Of a stretch of DNA of 64,000 bases, positions 36,001 to 49,370 are shown in pieces. Every line of letters begins with the position of its first letter. Positions within the stretch are counted from its first letter, which is position 1. The notes beneath the pieces were generated by a model that was not told where the DNA came from, made no database searches, and saw nothing but the letters and a program-made list of their open reading frames with translations. The DNA comes from Lama guanicoe (lineage: Eukaryota): contig MU054212.1 in the NCBI GenBank assembly GCA_013239625.1, positions 2,108,001-2,172,000 of the forward strand, written 5' to 3'. The translations under genes and the position numbers were made by a program.

Positions 36001-37449
36001 TAGGTTAGTGGGACATGGAGACATTCAGGTGACATGAGTGATGGGGGTGATACTGCCATCCACTCTAGCTGTCTTAGTAAGGATTAATGAGACAATGCAT
36101 GTGACGATGGTAGCAGCGTGCCTGCTATGTAGTAAAGCACTCTGCTAATTTCCTTTTCAAGCCTGACGTTTGTAAGAGACTTTTTCAAAGATCAGCATAG
36201 TCTATTTATCCTTTCTACGATTCTATATCATAGACCACATGTACCTCATTTTTTCATATTATGGAAAGATAAATAGAAATACATGAATTCCTCTCTACTT
36301 GAGAAGGTGTTTGTTATTGTATATAGGCATCGAGGAGCTTAGTAATAAATCAGTGAAACATTTGGGGCTTTAGAGGATCTTCCAGTTCATTACAACAGCA
36401 GTGCATGAGAGAAATACTTTAGTGGTTCTGGAAATGCTTACTTTGCATGGGTTACTATATAAGCCTTAAAGAAGATGGTTAAAAGGTAAAGTGGGAACAA
36501 AAAGGAATACTCTCTAAGGTCACACACACACTGAAGGATTGATATAAAAGACCTCTATGGCATTATATTCTATTTATGATATTTCACTAGATTCTTGTTA
36601 CACTTAGAAAAAGCAATCTCAACTTTTTACGTGATGCCATACAACAGCCCTATTTGGGCTGATTGCAAAGTCATTAATGAGTTTCAATTGCCCCCCAAAG
36701 TCCTTTTTACGCTTGATTTCTAGGGCTTGGAAATTTTCTAGTAGAATGAATACTTCTACATTAGGGCAGGGATGGAAAATTTCTTACCTCCTATGTTTGT
36801 AGGTGCAGACATCACTAATCAATCACTGTTCTTTTCTGCTGAGTCACCTTCTATACATAGTACTAAAAGCAGCCACTTCCAATCAAAGGATTTAAATCAG
36901 TTTTCTCTGTCTGCCTTAAAGCTTTGCTATCTACAAAATGCAAATATTTGAAGAAGAGTGAAAACGTAAGTTATCAATCCCTGACAACTAAATGCTTTAA
37001 AAAAAAATTGAAAGCAGCACATGTTCTGGTATTAGAAGAGAGATCTCAAGGGCTCTGGAATACTGAGGTCAGGCAGGAGAATCTAGGAGCTCCCCGAAGA
37101 TATGCTTCACCTACTTAACAATTTTGCCTAAGGCCAGTGCTGCCAAAAGGACCAGTTCTCTCCAGAGCAGCTATTTCAGCCATTTACCATCAAATAAAAC
37201 TTACAACTGGCATATGAATTCTTAGGCCAAGGGCATTTTACTTTTTGAAATTTTAAAGTACTTGTTGGGTAAACCACTTTAAAAATTCAAGATCCATAAA
37301 AGAATCCCAGAAGCAGAAAGAACAGTGCAAAGGAAGGTGAGCAAGGTGTAACTTGTTATAGCAGGTGCTGTGTATCTGTATAGCGGGCGTGTTCAGGTGC
37401 TCTGGGGCACACACACAGGCAGATTACCATCCACTCCATAGTTACCAAT

Positions 37450-40146
37450 CCTCTAACAGCACACTGACAAGTCAACAGGTAAGGGAAGGCAAGATGAAAT
37501 ACATTTAAAAAGAAATTATAGGACGTGAGCTTAGGGCCAAGAAGGAGTAATAGGGATTTACTGTCCCACCAGAAACAACCAAAAAATGAATGAAATACAT
37601 TAAACAACTATTTGTGAGTCACTGGACCTCAGGCCACAAAGGACAGTCATCTTGACAGATGGGAAATTGATGAGGTGAGCCTAAGATCTCCCCAGCTTGC
37701 TGTCCTGAGCAAGTTTCTAAGCCTTGGTGCAGGGAAAGGGAACCCAGGCAGATCCAGAAGACTTCCTGTGTTGAAGGGACAGACCCGAGAGCCTAGGGAG
37801 AATGAGGCAGCTATAGTTTACCAGATGCAGCACTGGAGAGGAGACTGCTGCACAGATAAGAACTCCAGGGGTCTAGAGAGGGTCCCGCTTGGCTATTCAG
37901 CCAAATAGTGGTGAGCACAGTCATGTGAAGAAACTCCAGGAGACTGGGGGAAGTCACCTGAAAGGATCAGGGCTTGGCTTCTCAAATCTCGTGCTACTGA
38001 CATTTTTGGTGGCCTAATTCTTCCTCATGGGGGCTGTCCTGTGTATTGTAGGATGTTTAGCAGCATCTCTGGCCTCTACTCAGTAGATGTCCACAGGACT
38101 CACCTCCCCTCCAGTTTCCAGTTGTGATCACCAAAAATGTCTTTAGATGTTGCCAAATGTAAAATTTCCCTAATTGAGAACTACGGGATTAAAGGAACCA
38201 CTGCCTAGTGCTCACACAGGGCTGAGAATAGAACTTCTTCTCGCCAGCCAGGCCGGAAAACCTCAAGATTCACAGGACATTGGGCTGAGTACAGAAAGGT
38301 CTTGCCTCAGTAGTGAGGAATAATTAGCCCTAGACTGAGCACTGCTCCAGTCCCATCTAAGAAAATCTTAAAAGCAAGAGCCAAAAGTATCAAACTACTG
38401 GCAAGTAATTTAGCTGCATGCCAGAATAAATCTCAAGATTATTTTAGGAATACAAAAAGTATCTAGCACTCCACAAGGCAAAACTTACAATGTCTGGAAT
38501 GAGGTAAAAAATTACCAGGCATGTAAAGAAGCAGGGAAATATAATCTATAATGAGGTAATCAATCAAAACTGACTCAGATATTTGAATTAGTGGATAGGA
38601 ACATTAAAATAGTTATTAAATTTGTATCCTATATGTTCAAAAAGTTAAATAGAGACATGGAAGATATAAAAAAAGATCAAACTCAAACTTCAAAAGATGA
38701 CTTACAAAGTACAAGATTTAAAACTGCCATGGGTGGGATTTGTGACAGACATCAGAGAAGAAAAAATCAGTGAATTTGAAGACAAAAATACTAAACTCAG
38801 AAAGAACATTTTTGAAAATAAACAGGGTATCAATGAGTTACGGGAAAACTTTAAGTGGCTTCATAATTAGACTCTACAGAGCAGAGAAGAGAGTGTGGAC
38901 AATAAAAAATATTTGAAGAAATAGTTGTTTTAAGGTTTTCCATATTTCATGAAACCCGTAAACCCACAAGGTCAATCAAGTACGTCCATGAATCCTAAGC
39001 ACAAGAAACACCAAGTTAAATACACGAAGGTACATCAAAATAAAATTGCTCAAAACTACTAATAAAACAAAAATTGTACAGAGGAACAACTATGAATGAA
39101 AGCAGATTTCACACTGAAATAATACAAGTGAGAACACAATATATACCCATATCAGAGCAACACTGTTAATGTACTGAAAGAAAAAAAACTGTCAATCTAG
39201 ACTTCTATACCCAACAAAAGATATCCTCCAAAAGCAATGGTAAAATAATGACATTTTCAGAAACACAAAAACTATATAAGAAATCATTATCAGCACATCC
39301 ACATTATAAGAAATAGTTAAAAGTTCTTATAGGTAAAAGGAAATGTTGCTGTATAAAAATAAGAGTTTATACAATGAAATAAAGAGCACTGGAAATGATG
39401 ACTACTTGGTAAACATACACAATTCTGACTTATTTAAATCTCTTTAAAAGAGATATTTATATATATAATTAAAATGCACAACATTAATAGCATGAATGTC
39501 AGGAGGAGAGAAATAGAAAAATCTATTGTAAGTTTCTTATAGAGTGGTAGAATATCACTTAAAGGAAGATTACATATAGGAATAAACCCTAAAGCATTAA
39601 TTAAAATAATGAAACCAGAGTTGTAACTAATAAGCCATCAAAAGAGATATGATGGAATCATAAAAAATTCAATTATTACAAATGAAGTTAGGAAAAGAGT
39701 AAAAATAAACAAAGAAAAAATTGCAAAGGGATTGTGTCATTTATGGATTTATTGGTTCTCAATTTTAGAAATGGGCAAAAAAATTGAACAAATTATTCAA
39801 TAAAGAAGATACACAACACGAATAAATCTCAGAATAATTATACTGATTAAAAGGAGCCAGACAATATTAGACTGCACTGTATGATTCCATTTATTTAAAA
39901 TTCTAGACAGTGAAAGACAATCTCTATTGACAGAAAGCAGACCACTGGTTGTTGAGAATTGAAGGTGGTCAGGGAGAAGTGGGAGGAAAGGGGTTACAGG
40001 AAGAAACTCTGGGGGATAGGATATGTTCATTACCTTGATTACTGTTTATTATCCTGATCATGGGTATGTAAGTATGTTGAAACATATCAGATTGTATAAG
40101 CACAGCTTACTATATACCAATTTAGCTTCAATAAAGCTGTTAAAAA
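37450..40146 (+). mobile_element. Old L1 (L1MC/L1MD-like): 5' UTR, ORF1 remnant and 3' UTR, with most of ORF2 absent
   Basis: A-rich L1 composition; ORF1-like coiled-coil fragment (38591 MDRNIKIVIKFVSYMFKKLNRDMEDIKK); L1M 3' end tgtatgattccatttat...gacagaaagcagac...caataaagctgttaaaaa. Confidence 0.7.
37972..38186 (+). mobile_element. MER20 hAT-Charlie, nested in the L1
   Basis: ttctcaa..gctactgacattt..gggggctgtcctgtgtattgtaggatgtttagcagcatctctggcctctactcagtagatg..aaaatgtctttagatgttgccaaatgt..ttgagaac. Confidence 0.85.
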
Positions 40147-40639
40147 TGGAAATGAAAAGAAGATCTTCCAGGGGACCTGATAAAGGATTATACTTGACCT
40201 TGATACTAGAATGGCGATCAGGAGATCTGCGTTCTAGTCCTAGTTCTGTTTCACAAGAGTAATGGGTATAATCTTGTTACAGGCACATAAATTCTCTTGG
40301 TCTCAGTTCCTGACTTATAATGTCAGGTAGCAAATTTGGTGATCCCTAGTGTCCTTATAACTCCAAAATCTAATGATACATAAAAGCTAATAGAATGGAG
40401 GTTGAAGAGTGAATTGGAATCAGACAGATCTGGGTTTGAATTTCAACTTTATCACTCATTACTTGTGCAGCTTGAGATTAATTATTTAACAACATTCTAA
40501 ACTGTCAGAGAGTGAGTTCCATGAGGAAAGGACTGTGTTGGTTTGTTCACTTCTGTAACCCAGAGCCTGGTATAGACATATATTGGCATAAACGTAAATG
40601 TTTTCTTTTTCTGCAAAATGAAAATAATAATACGCTGTA

Positions 40640-41326
40640 ATAGTTGCTTATAGTAGAGGCTGTTGATCCCCTCCTCCCTCCAGCCCTCATACCCTGTTGT
40701 CCCAATTCTACTTTTACTTCCAAAGATGGAGAGAGCTTCTGGCATGCTTCCCACCTCAAGCATAGGGAAGACACCCTGGGTAGGGAAATAGAGCCCTCCA
40801 GAAGGGCTCTGGCAGCAGGGTCAGAGGCTGGCTGTGCCTGGGGGCTTTCTCAGGCACCATAGGGGCTCCTTGGCCTCAGGGGAAGTTAATGCCCTGAGGG
40901 CCACTCTTAAAAAAGGAGGGTGGGAAGCAGGGGATAAATGTCCCAGCCCCTAGGAGGCTTATTCCACACAGTTCTCCTGAGGGTCCCCAGAAAGACTGAG
41001 CCCCAGTTGCCCACGGTGGGACCCCGTTCACTCCATACCCTTCACTAGCTTTTCTTTTTTGTGGATGTGAGGATAATTTGGTTTGTTTGTTTGTTTGTTT
41101 ATTTATTTATTCATTTAATGGCCGTCCTGGGGGTTGAACCCAGGACCTTGTGCATTGCTAAGCATGAATTCTACCACTGAGCTATACCCTCCCCCCTTTC
41201 TCCTTTCCTGGCATTCCTTTTCTAGTACTTCACTTATGCATCCTAAATCACTTCCTCAATGAACTTCTTGCATCTACGTCTAAGGCAGAATCAGGGTCTG
41301 TCTTTGGGAGAACTCAAACTAAGACA
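40640..41326 (+). mobile_element. MaLR LTR (MLT1I/J-like) interrupted by a SINE
   Basis: ggataaatgtcccagcc, ccccagttgcccac, and the end cagggtctgtctttgggagaactcaaactaagaca. Confidence 0.65.
41077..41196 (-). mobile_element. tRNA-derived SINE, Vic-1-like (camelid)
   Basis: Reverse complement reads GGGGGGAGGGTATAGCTCAGTGGTAGAATTCATGCTTAGCAATGCACAAGGTCCTGGGTTCAACCCCCAG, followed by an (AAAT)/(AAAC) tail. Confidence 0.88.
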
Positions 41327-41335
41327 GAAGTTCTC

Positions 41336-41729
41336 TGTGATGGTTAATTTTACATGTCAGCTTGACTGGGCGAAGGGATGACCAGATAGCTGGTAAAAAC
41401 ATTATTTCTGGGTGTGTCTGTGAGGGTGTTCTGAAGAGGTTTGCTTTGAATCAGTAGATGCGATGTGGCCCCAACTAGAACAAAAAGGCAGAGGAAGAGG
41501 TGACTTTCCACTCTGCTTGAGCTGTGACATCTACCTTCTCCTGTCCTCAGACATCTTGGTTCTCAGGACTTCAGATTCAGATTAGGACTTCTTACAGCAT
41601 GTGCTTCCCTGGTTCTCAGGCTTTGGGGTTTGGATTGGAACCAATCACCAGCTTTCCTGGGCTTTCAACTTGCTGGTGGCAGACATAGGACCTCTCTGTC
41701 TCCATAAGCCAATCCCTCATAATAAAGTT

Positions 41730-41774
<45 letters not shown>

Positions 41775-41810
41775 ATCCTATTGGTTCTTTTTCTCTGATA
41801 GACTAATACA
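41336..41810 (+). mobile_element. ERVL LTR, MLT2B/D-like solo LTR
   Basis: tgtgatggttaattttacatgtcagcttgactggg...tcctattggttct...gactaataca; flanks ttctc/ttatc. Confidence 0.88.
41731..41774 (+). repeat. (CTAT)11 tetranucleotide microsatellite inside the MLT2
   Basis: Perfect 44-nt CTAT array. Confidence 0.95.
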
Positions 41811-42072
41811 TTATCCTTTGTGGATCTTGTAGGGAATAAAAGGACAGGTAAAGTGCTTTGCCTACTGCCTGGTGAGTTGTTGTTTTAATACTATTTTTTT
41901 CTGAGACTTCAGAGAAAGTGTCTATGCTAATTTTGAGTTTTCATGAGTGAGAGGGGTAAGGGAAGTTTGTGGGAGGAAAGACGTACACCTGAGAATTTAT
42001 AAAAGTAAAATGGAAACAATCCAGAAAAAAAAAAAGTAGATAATTGTCCCAAGAGCACAGAGGAAAGGCCAA

Positions 42073-42236
42073 GTGAGGACACAGAGAGAAGATGGCCATC
42101 TACAAGCCAGGAAGAGAGCTGGAATTGCCAGCACCTTGATCATGGATTTCTAGCCTCCAGAACTTTGAGAAAATAAATGTTGTTAAGCCACTGAGTCTGT
42201 GCTGTTTTGTTATGGCAGCCTGAACAAACTAATACA
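42073..42236 (+). mobile_element. MLT1A/B-like LTR 3' fragment
   Basis: gaagatggccatctacaagccagga...gcaccttgatc..tagcctccagaactttgagaaaataaatg...gttatggcagcc..aactaataca. Confidence 0.8.
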
Positions 42237-42394
42237 ATAAGGTATCTTAAACTCTATAATGCAAAGTATAAACCCAACTCAAGAGGAATGGGAATTTCCA
42301 AAGCTAAAATTTTTATTATATTGTTGCAGTCCAAGTGAATAGGAAAGTGGAAACTTTAAAACCAAAGCAAACCAAATAAAACAGAATCAACACC

Positions 42395-42580
42395 AAGTCT
42401 GTCAGATTAAGCAAATAAATTACAGAATGCTCAGTTAAATTTGAATTTCAAGTAAACGATGATTTTTTTAGTATAAATACATTCCAAACATTACATAGGA
42501 CATGTTTATACTAAAAATCATTTGCTGTCTATCTGAAATTCAAATTTAATTGACAACCTGTTTTTTATCTGGCAAACTTA
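42395..42580. mobile_element. MER53 palindromic MITE
   Basis: cagattaagcaaataaattacag..gttaaatttgaatttca..ttttagtataa / ttatactaaaa..tctgaaattcaaatttaa..tttttatctggcaa. Confidence 0.85.
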
Positions 42581-43574
42581 TGAATTGATTATATAGGAAG
42601 CTCTCTAAGGAGCTCAAGTTTTTATAAAGTTATGTACAAAAGGTGAAAAAAATGAAGGATTGATTTTTAAAGCAAAGTGGCTCAACTTGAGGGAATTTTA
42701 TGAGGAAGGCTAAAACTCAGGCTGAGCTGAGGCTCACAAAACAAACTAAAGACAAGAACAAATTCTTTGAAGCTCAAGAAAAACAAGGAAAATACTGGCC
42801 CACAATACAGGGAAGGTGGTATAAAGTTGACAGATGACAGAAGACAGCTACTAACCTTTCCTTCTGCCTTGTATTATTCACCAAGGAAAATACTCCTTCC
42901 CCACTTCTCCCCACAAAAGTCCCAGCCAATAGATGTTAGGGGTTAGAGATGATCTATCTTATCACCTTCAATGAGCTCAGAAGATTTATATACCAAATTA
43001 CTAAAATAAATTGAAGATGCGATCTTACCATTTGCTCTGAGAAATCAGACAATGAGACAGGTGCTGGAAAACTGAGCACAGGTCAGTATTCTTATTTTTA
43101 GAAAGAGGAAACAAGTGGACACTATTAGATATGAAGTGAGAAATTCGATGTCTAGAAAAATTTCCAAGGTGGGTTCCCAAGGAACAATTGAGGTCGAATG
43201 ATCTTTATCTTCTTTCTGGGTAGGATCATGAGACTTAAGCATCAGGAGAATACTATGGTGGCAAGGCACCTAGATTTCAACACGGCATTTGATGAATATT
43301 TTCTGTGATAACCTTGTGGACAACAGAGAAATGTGGGAATCAGTTTTTGTGTGTGTGTGATTCTGAACTTAAGTCCCACCTAATTTTGCTATCAGCACAA
43401 AGCTAAGAGGAATAGTGTATTAACTGGATTCTTTTGGCAGCAAGTAAAGAAACTTGATGTGAAATAACTGAACTAGGAATTAATTACATGTAAAGGTGCT
43501 AGGTATACAGCAGAGCCCCAGGAACACTAAGAGCTCAGACTTCTGGAAAAGCAATAAAATACACTGGCTTTAAG

Positions 43575-43810
43575 TGTAGACTCTGGTTTGAGACCCAGCT
43601 CTACACAAAGTTGGGCAGGTCATTTCTCTGTGCCTCAGTTTACTCATCCATAAAATGGAGATAATAATACCTACCTCAAAGGGTTGCTCTATATAGTGCA
43701 TTTGTGTGTTTCGCCACATAGTAAAAGGAACCAGACAGACCCCTTCCACCCATAACCCTGGGCAAGTCACTTAAGTTTTCCAGCTCCCAGGATCCTCATA
43801 GATAAAGTAC
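43575..43810 (+). mobile_element. Two MIR core fragments
   Basis: ctctgtgcctcagtttactcatccataaaatggagataataatacctacctc, and a second ctgggcaagtcacttaa. Confidence 0.7.
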
Positions 43811-46589
43811 TAATAGTAACATTGTGATTTGGGTGACTCTCTCTTCTGGCTCCTGTGCCAGCTTCTCTAGGGTCAGGTCTAAAAGCCCCTGAATGCAGAT
43901 CTCATGAGCCCCTGTTTGAGTTTCCCCCAAAGTTTCTACTCACACAGAAGCACTGGTGAGTTAAGTAGATCTCATTGAAGATTCCACCCAGCAGATGAAT
44001 GAGGAGATTCACACTGTACATCTCCTAGAGGAAGAAGCTGTAAGCTGCCCTGCACTAATGTTCTCTGCAATGACTTTATCACCGTGGCAACAGCAGGGTG
44101 AGTAGGAATGTAGCTGCAGGTGGACAGGTGATCCTTCCCCAGTCCAGACTCACTGGCTTCTCTCTACCCTTCCAGGACACTGGGGTCTTCAAATTCCTTT
44201 CCCTTCTTCTTTGAGAACGAGTCATCCTCTCCCAGTTCCTATGCTTAGTTTGAGAAACCAGACTCATCTTAATACTCAGCAAAAAAAGATCCACTCATGT
44301 AGCCAAATCCATCCTCCACAGAAAACACATTTCTGTCCAGAGTGCAGACTCAGATCTCAGAATCCTGTCCCTACCTCCCCACCACAAGCGCCATCAAGTT
44401 TTCCTTGCAAACATATTCAGTGCTCTTCCCAAGAGGGGTTCCAATGAAGGACATTCTCTCCATCCAATTACATGCATAAAATATCTAGCACAGTACTGTC
44501 ACTCAGTAGATGCTCGGGAAATGATAATGGTTTTTGTTATTATTATCATGACTATCTTTAAATATTTAAAAAGCTGTGTGGCCACTGAATGTGTAGACAT
44601 ATTTTCTATAGTTTCCAATGGCTTGACAGATTCAATTGATGTAAGTCATTGGGAGGCAGAATTTGGCTCACTATAAGGCAGATATTTCCAGTAATTAGAA
44701 CTATCCCATAACAGGACAGATGCTTCTCCAGGTGGTGTGTCCTCTATGGCTTGAATTGTGTGATTGGAGACAGAGGAGAAGAGGAAACAGTAGATGGGGA
44801 TTTGAATTAGTTGACCAAAACTCTCCTGCCTGATGAATAATCTTGTGACGCTATGAAAAAGACTTGGACTTTTTTTCTGTCTTTTTCTTCGCAATGTTAC
44901 CAAAATCTAATGGTGGTATTATACCACCATAAACCTGATCCCTTTTGGATCTGGTTGTGTTTAAAATACTCTGAGACAGAAAACTCCCTTGGAGGGGTGG
45001 AGCCAACCCAGCTGCTAGCTTCCTGTTGCCACTTCAAAAGCTTTGGGGGAAAGGGGGAGGGTTAATGTAGCTGCCTGGGCCACCAAAACTATAGGATGCA
45101 GAGCTGTGCTGTGTCCTGGGGCCTCCATGGCTGGTGTGATCAACCCCAGGGAGGAGGAAATGGTAACTAGACTCCAGGACACCCCAGGGCTTTCATGATA
45201 CACTTACATTTGCCATTTTCTGATCTTTTCAGGACACAGCATTTAACACAAAGTTCTCCACATGCCAGTGTGGCTTTGCCTGTAATATAATCTTTTTAAA
45301 AGGTTAAGTTAATCTTGACTTTTACTGTTGCAGCATTTCAACTTAATGGTGCTCCATGCACAATCTAATTGGATTTTTATAGGCCTTTATTTAAAGAAAT
45401 TTGTTTAGTGACAACGACAACTTGAGTATTATATGTAGATCCTTTTTGCATAATATCAAAGTGACAGTAGTGTAGACACCGCTAGACCATAACAGATTTC
45501 TGCTAGATCGTTATTGTCTAAAACCTACCTCACTGAAAACACAAACCATGTGAGAATTTATGTGTTCAATGATATTATTACCGACACTACAAAATTAGGG
45601 CAAAGGGGTAGGCAGGCCTGAGATCATACTAACAGGAGGTTTCATACTATACAATGAATAAGTTATGTGACTTCTACAGAAAATTCCACTCATTTCAAGG
45701 GTGAATTGGATACTGGTTGAATTTTTAAAGGCTGTTTGTCCTAAGAGATTATGAATTTACACTGCCTTGGGTTGTATTCCATCATTATAAAAGTCCAGGA
45801 GTCCTCCGTAAAGTTTGTTTTACCAGCCGGCATTGGGAATTACATCTCTTGCAATAAATTCCTTCACATTGGCTGTTTGACATTTCAGAGGTAACCCCTG
45901 GCTTAACTGGCTGCAGGTAAAAATTAGAGGCATAACTGTTTTTAATGATGGTCTCTGGGTCTACTTATTCCCAAGTACTCAACCGATTACGTCTTTATGT
46001 AATACTTTTTTATATTCCATAAAGTACATTTCTAACTGTTTCTCTTAATTATTAAATGGTTTCATTCATTTTTGTTTTAGCTTTAGTTTGTAAAATTTAA
46101 CTCAGATCTTTCCTTAAGAATGTGGTAAATGGATATGTTGTGAGAGAAAATATTCCTGATTTTTTTTTGAACATTTGAGATCTGGCTTATCCTTTCATCC
46201 TGGAAGCCAATAGATTTGCCCTGTGTGTGGATTTTGGGTTAAATAGTTTCCCCATGTATTTTAAGAATTGTTAATTTTTGTTTATCAGAATGCAGGATGC
46301 ATAAGTATTGTTCTGAGAATTCTAAGTGTTAGGGTGTTAAGGAAAACAGGAGAAGTTTGTAAGGCGTAGGGGAGAGGAGAAGAGGATAGCTAAGGAAAAC
46401 AGAAAGTGGTGATGATGAAGTTTTAATTCTCCCTGATGGGAGGGACAGGAGAAGGTACAGATCAACTCATAATCGAGAAAAAATGCAATTATTAGGGAAC
46501 CATCTTTTCCAAAGCAAAGAACAGTGACAGGCAAGGGGAGGGTCTGAAAGATGTAATTGTTCCATAAAGGCGTCCATAATCCATTTTTC

Positions 46590-47410
46590 TTACTTTTAAT
46601 AAACTTTTTATGTTAGAATCATTTTATATTTAAAGAAAAATTACAAACATAGTACAGAGAGTTCCCATATACCTCACATCCAATTTCCCCTGTTATTAAC
46701 ATCTTGTATTTGAATGTGTCTTATTATAATTAGTGAACCAATATTGATACATTATTATTCATTAAGGTTCATATTTTATTCATATTTTTTTAGTTCTACC
46801 TAATGTCCCTTTTCTATTCCAGAATCCCATCAAGGGACCTTATTACATTTAGTTGCCATGTCTCTGTCATCTCCTCCTGACGGTGACATTCTTCCAGACT
46901 TCCCTTGGTTTTGATGAGGTATACAATTTTGAGGTATACTGGTAAGACATTTTATAGAATGTCCTCAATTTGAGTATATTTGATTTTTTTTCATGATTAT
47001 ATTGTGGTTATGGGTTTGGGAAGGAAGACCACAATGTAAAATGCCATTCTTATCACATCGTATCTTAGGTACATACAATCGACATGATGTCAGCCTTGCT
47101 GACATGTGAGGTTAGCCCTGATCGCATGGCTGAGGTAGTATCTGTAAGGTTCCTTACTGTTAAGTTGCTCTTTTTTCTCATTTTCCATTACTGTACTCTT
47201 TTGAAAGACTTCACAATATACAACCTATACTTATGTTCCAACATCTTGAAGGCTGAGTATCGACATAAATTATTTGGAACTCTGCTGCACATTTGTCTAT
47301 TCTGACTGATTTATTTATTTATTTATTCAATCATTTATTTATATCAGTATGGAATCATGGATATTTATTTTATAGTTTGGGTTATAATCCAATGCAACTT
47401 TAATTATTTA
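46590..47410 (-). mobile_element. Old L1 3' UTR (L1MC/L1MD-like)
   Basis: gtacagagagttcccatatacc...ttcccctgttattaacatctt...acattacattt-like and tttagttgccatgtctc motifs. Confidence 0.7.
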
Positions 47411-47419
47411 CACCAGTAA

Positions 47420-48535
47420 TTTTAATTATCTTTTCATGTGCTTGGCCAGTTGTATATTTTTTGGAGGAATGTCTATTCAAATCGTCTGACTATTTTAAGC
47501 AGAATAATTTGTCTTTTTATTATTGAGTTGTATGAATTCGTTTTCTATTTTATGAGTTTTATGTACAAGTCTTTTATCAGATATATGATTTGCAAATTTT
47601 TTCTTCTATCATGGATTGTCTTTTCAGTTTCTTGATAGTGTTACTTGAAGCACAAAAGCCTTTAATTTTGATGAAGTCAAATTTATATACTTTACTCTTG
47701 TGGCTTGTGCATCTGGTATCATATCTAAAAAATTATTGCCTAATCCATGGTCATGAAGATTTACTCCTTTTTTCTTCTAAGCATTTTATAGTTTTAGATC
47801 TTACGTTTAGATCTATGACCCATTGTTAGTTATGTTTGTATAAGGAATAAGGTATCATTGTTGTTTTTATTTGCATTTCCTTACTGACAAATGATGCTAA
47901 GCATCTTTTCATATGACTATTTGCCATCTGTATATTTTCTTTGTTATGGTATCTATTCAGTTCTCTTGCTCATTTTTTAATTGGGTTTTTTATTTTTTTT
48001 ACCATTTAGTTTAAACTGTTCTTTGTATACTGTAGATACAAATCATTTATGAGACATGTGGTTGCAAATATTTTCTTCCTGTCCATGACTTGTCTTTTTA
48101 TTCTCTTAACAGTGTCTTTCACAGAGCATGATTTTTTTATTTTAATAAAGTCCAACTTATCCATTTTTTTCTTTCAAGGATTCTGCTTTTGGTATTGTAC
48201 TAAAAATCATCACTGAATCCAAGGTCATGTAGATTTTTTTCTCTTCTAGAAGTTTTATAGTTTTTCATTTTCCATTCATGTCTATGATCAATTTTGAGTT
48301 CATGTTTGTGAAAGGTAAAAGGTCAACGTCTAGGTTAATTTTTTTAGCATATTTACATGGACATTCAGTTGTCCCAGCACTGTATGTTGAAAGACTATCC
48401 TTTTTCCATTGAATTACCGTTGCACTTTTGTCAAAAATCAATTGACTATATTTCTGTGGTTTATTTATGAGCTCTCTATTCTGTTCCATGGATCTATGTG
48501 TTCATTTTTTTGCCAATACCATATTGTCTTGACTC
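47420..48535 (-). mobile_element. Two adjacent L1 ORF2 C-terminal fragments
   Basis: ORF 48265-48489 (..KYSQLIFDKSATVIQWKKDSL..) is L1 ORF2-like; the motif ttgcaaat-ttttcttc occurs twice (about 47590 and 48062). Confidence 0.8.
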
Positions 48536-48544
48536 ATAATCCAC

Positions 48545-49370
48545 CTTTACATTCATGCATTTATTCATCCATTCATTTAGCATTCCCTTAATAACTATTT
48601 ATTGACTAACTTCCTTGTGCTAGATACCTTGGGAAAAAAAGACAATTAAGACATGGTAGCTGACATGGAAGCTGCAATATAGTTGGGGAGGTGGGTTGAA
48701 GTGTGTTACAATGTACATACAAATAGTGTAAAACAAATTGCAAGGTAATAAATTATGTAAGAGATGTGGAAAGTAGAAGAGGTTTTCCAAAGAGATGTCA
48801 TCACTACTGACTGAGAGGACTTAAGATCTGAGCTGAGACTTGAAGGATGGATAGGATTTAAATAAGTAAAAATTGCAAAGGTGACTGTATTAGGTGAAAA
48901 GAATGGAACAGGCAAAGAAGGAAAGTGCAAAACCTAACAACACTGTCTGATAGAAATAATTCAAAGCCACATGTGCAATTTAAAATTTCTTAGTAGTTAC
49001 ATTAAAAAAGAAACAAATTAATTTTATAATTTATTTTCTATAAATCTACGTATACAAAATACCCTAATTTCAATGTGTAATCAATTTTTAAATATTGAGA
49101 TATTCTACATCTTTTTTTTTTTGGTAGTAGGCCTTCAAAATCTGGTGTGTAGATTACACGTACAGCACACATCAACTTGGAGCTGCCACAGTTCAATTGC
49201 ATTGTTGCCACATATTAATTGTGGCTGCTACAGGTCCAGTGAAAGAAAGACTGTAAAGGAAGTTTGGGGCAAGATTATGGGGAAACTTGAAAACCGAGCT
49301 TGAGTTTGACCTTTATTCTGTAACCATTAAATAAACACTGACACTTTTGAGCAAGTAAATGACTCCTACA
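48545..49370 (-). mobile_element. LINE-2 fragment split by a MER33/MER3-like element
   Basis: cattcatgcatttattcatccattcattt tail; gagctgagacttgaaggatggataggattt; the L2 resumes at about 49240. Confidence 0.6.
48938..49235. mobile_element. MER33-like hAT-Charlie element
   Basis: agccacatgtgcaatttaaaatttcttagtag..cttcaaaatctggtgtgta..tacagcacacatcaa..gtggctgctac. Confidence 0.7.
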
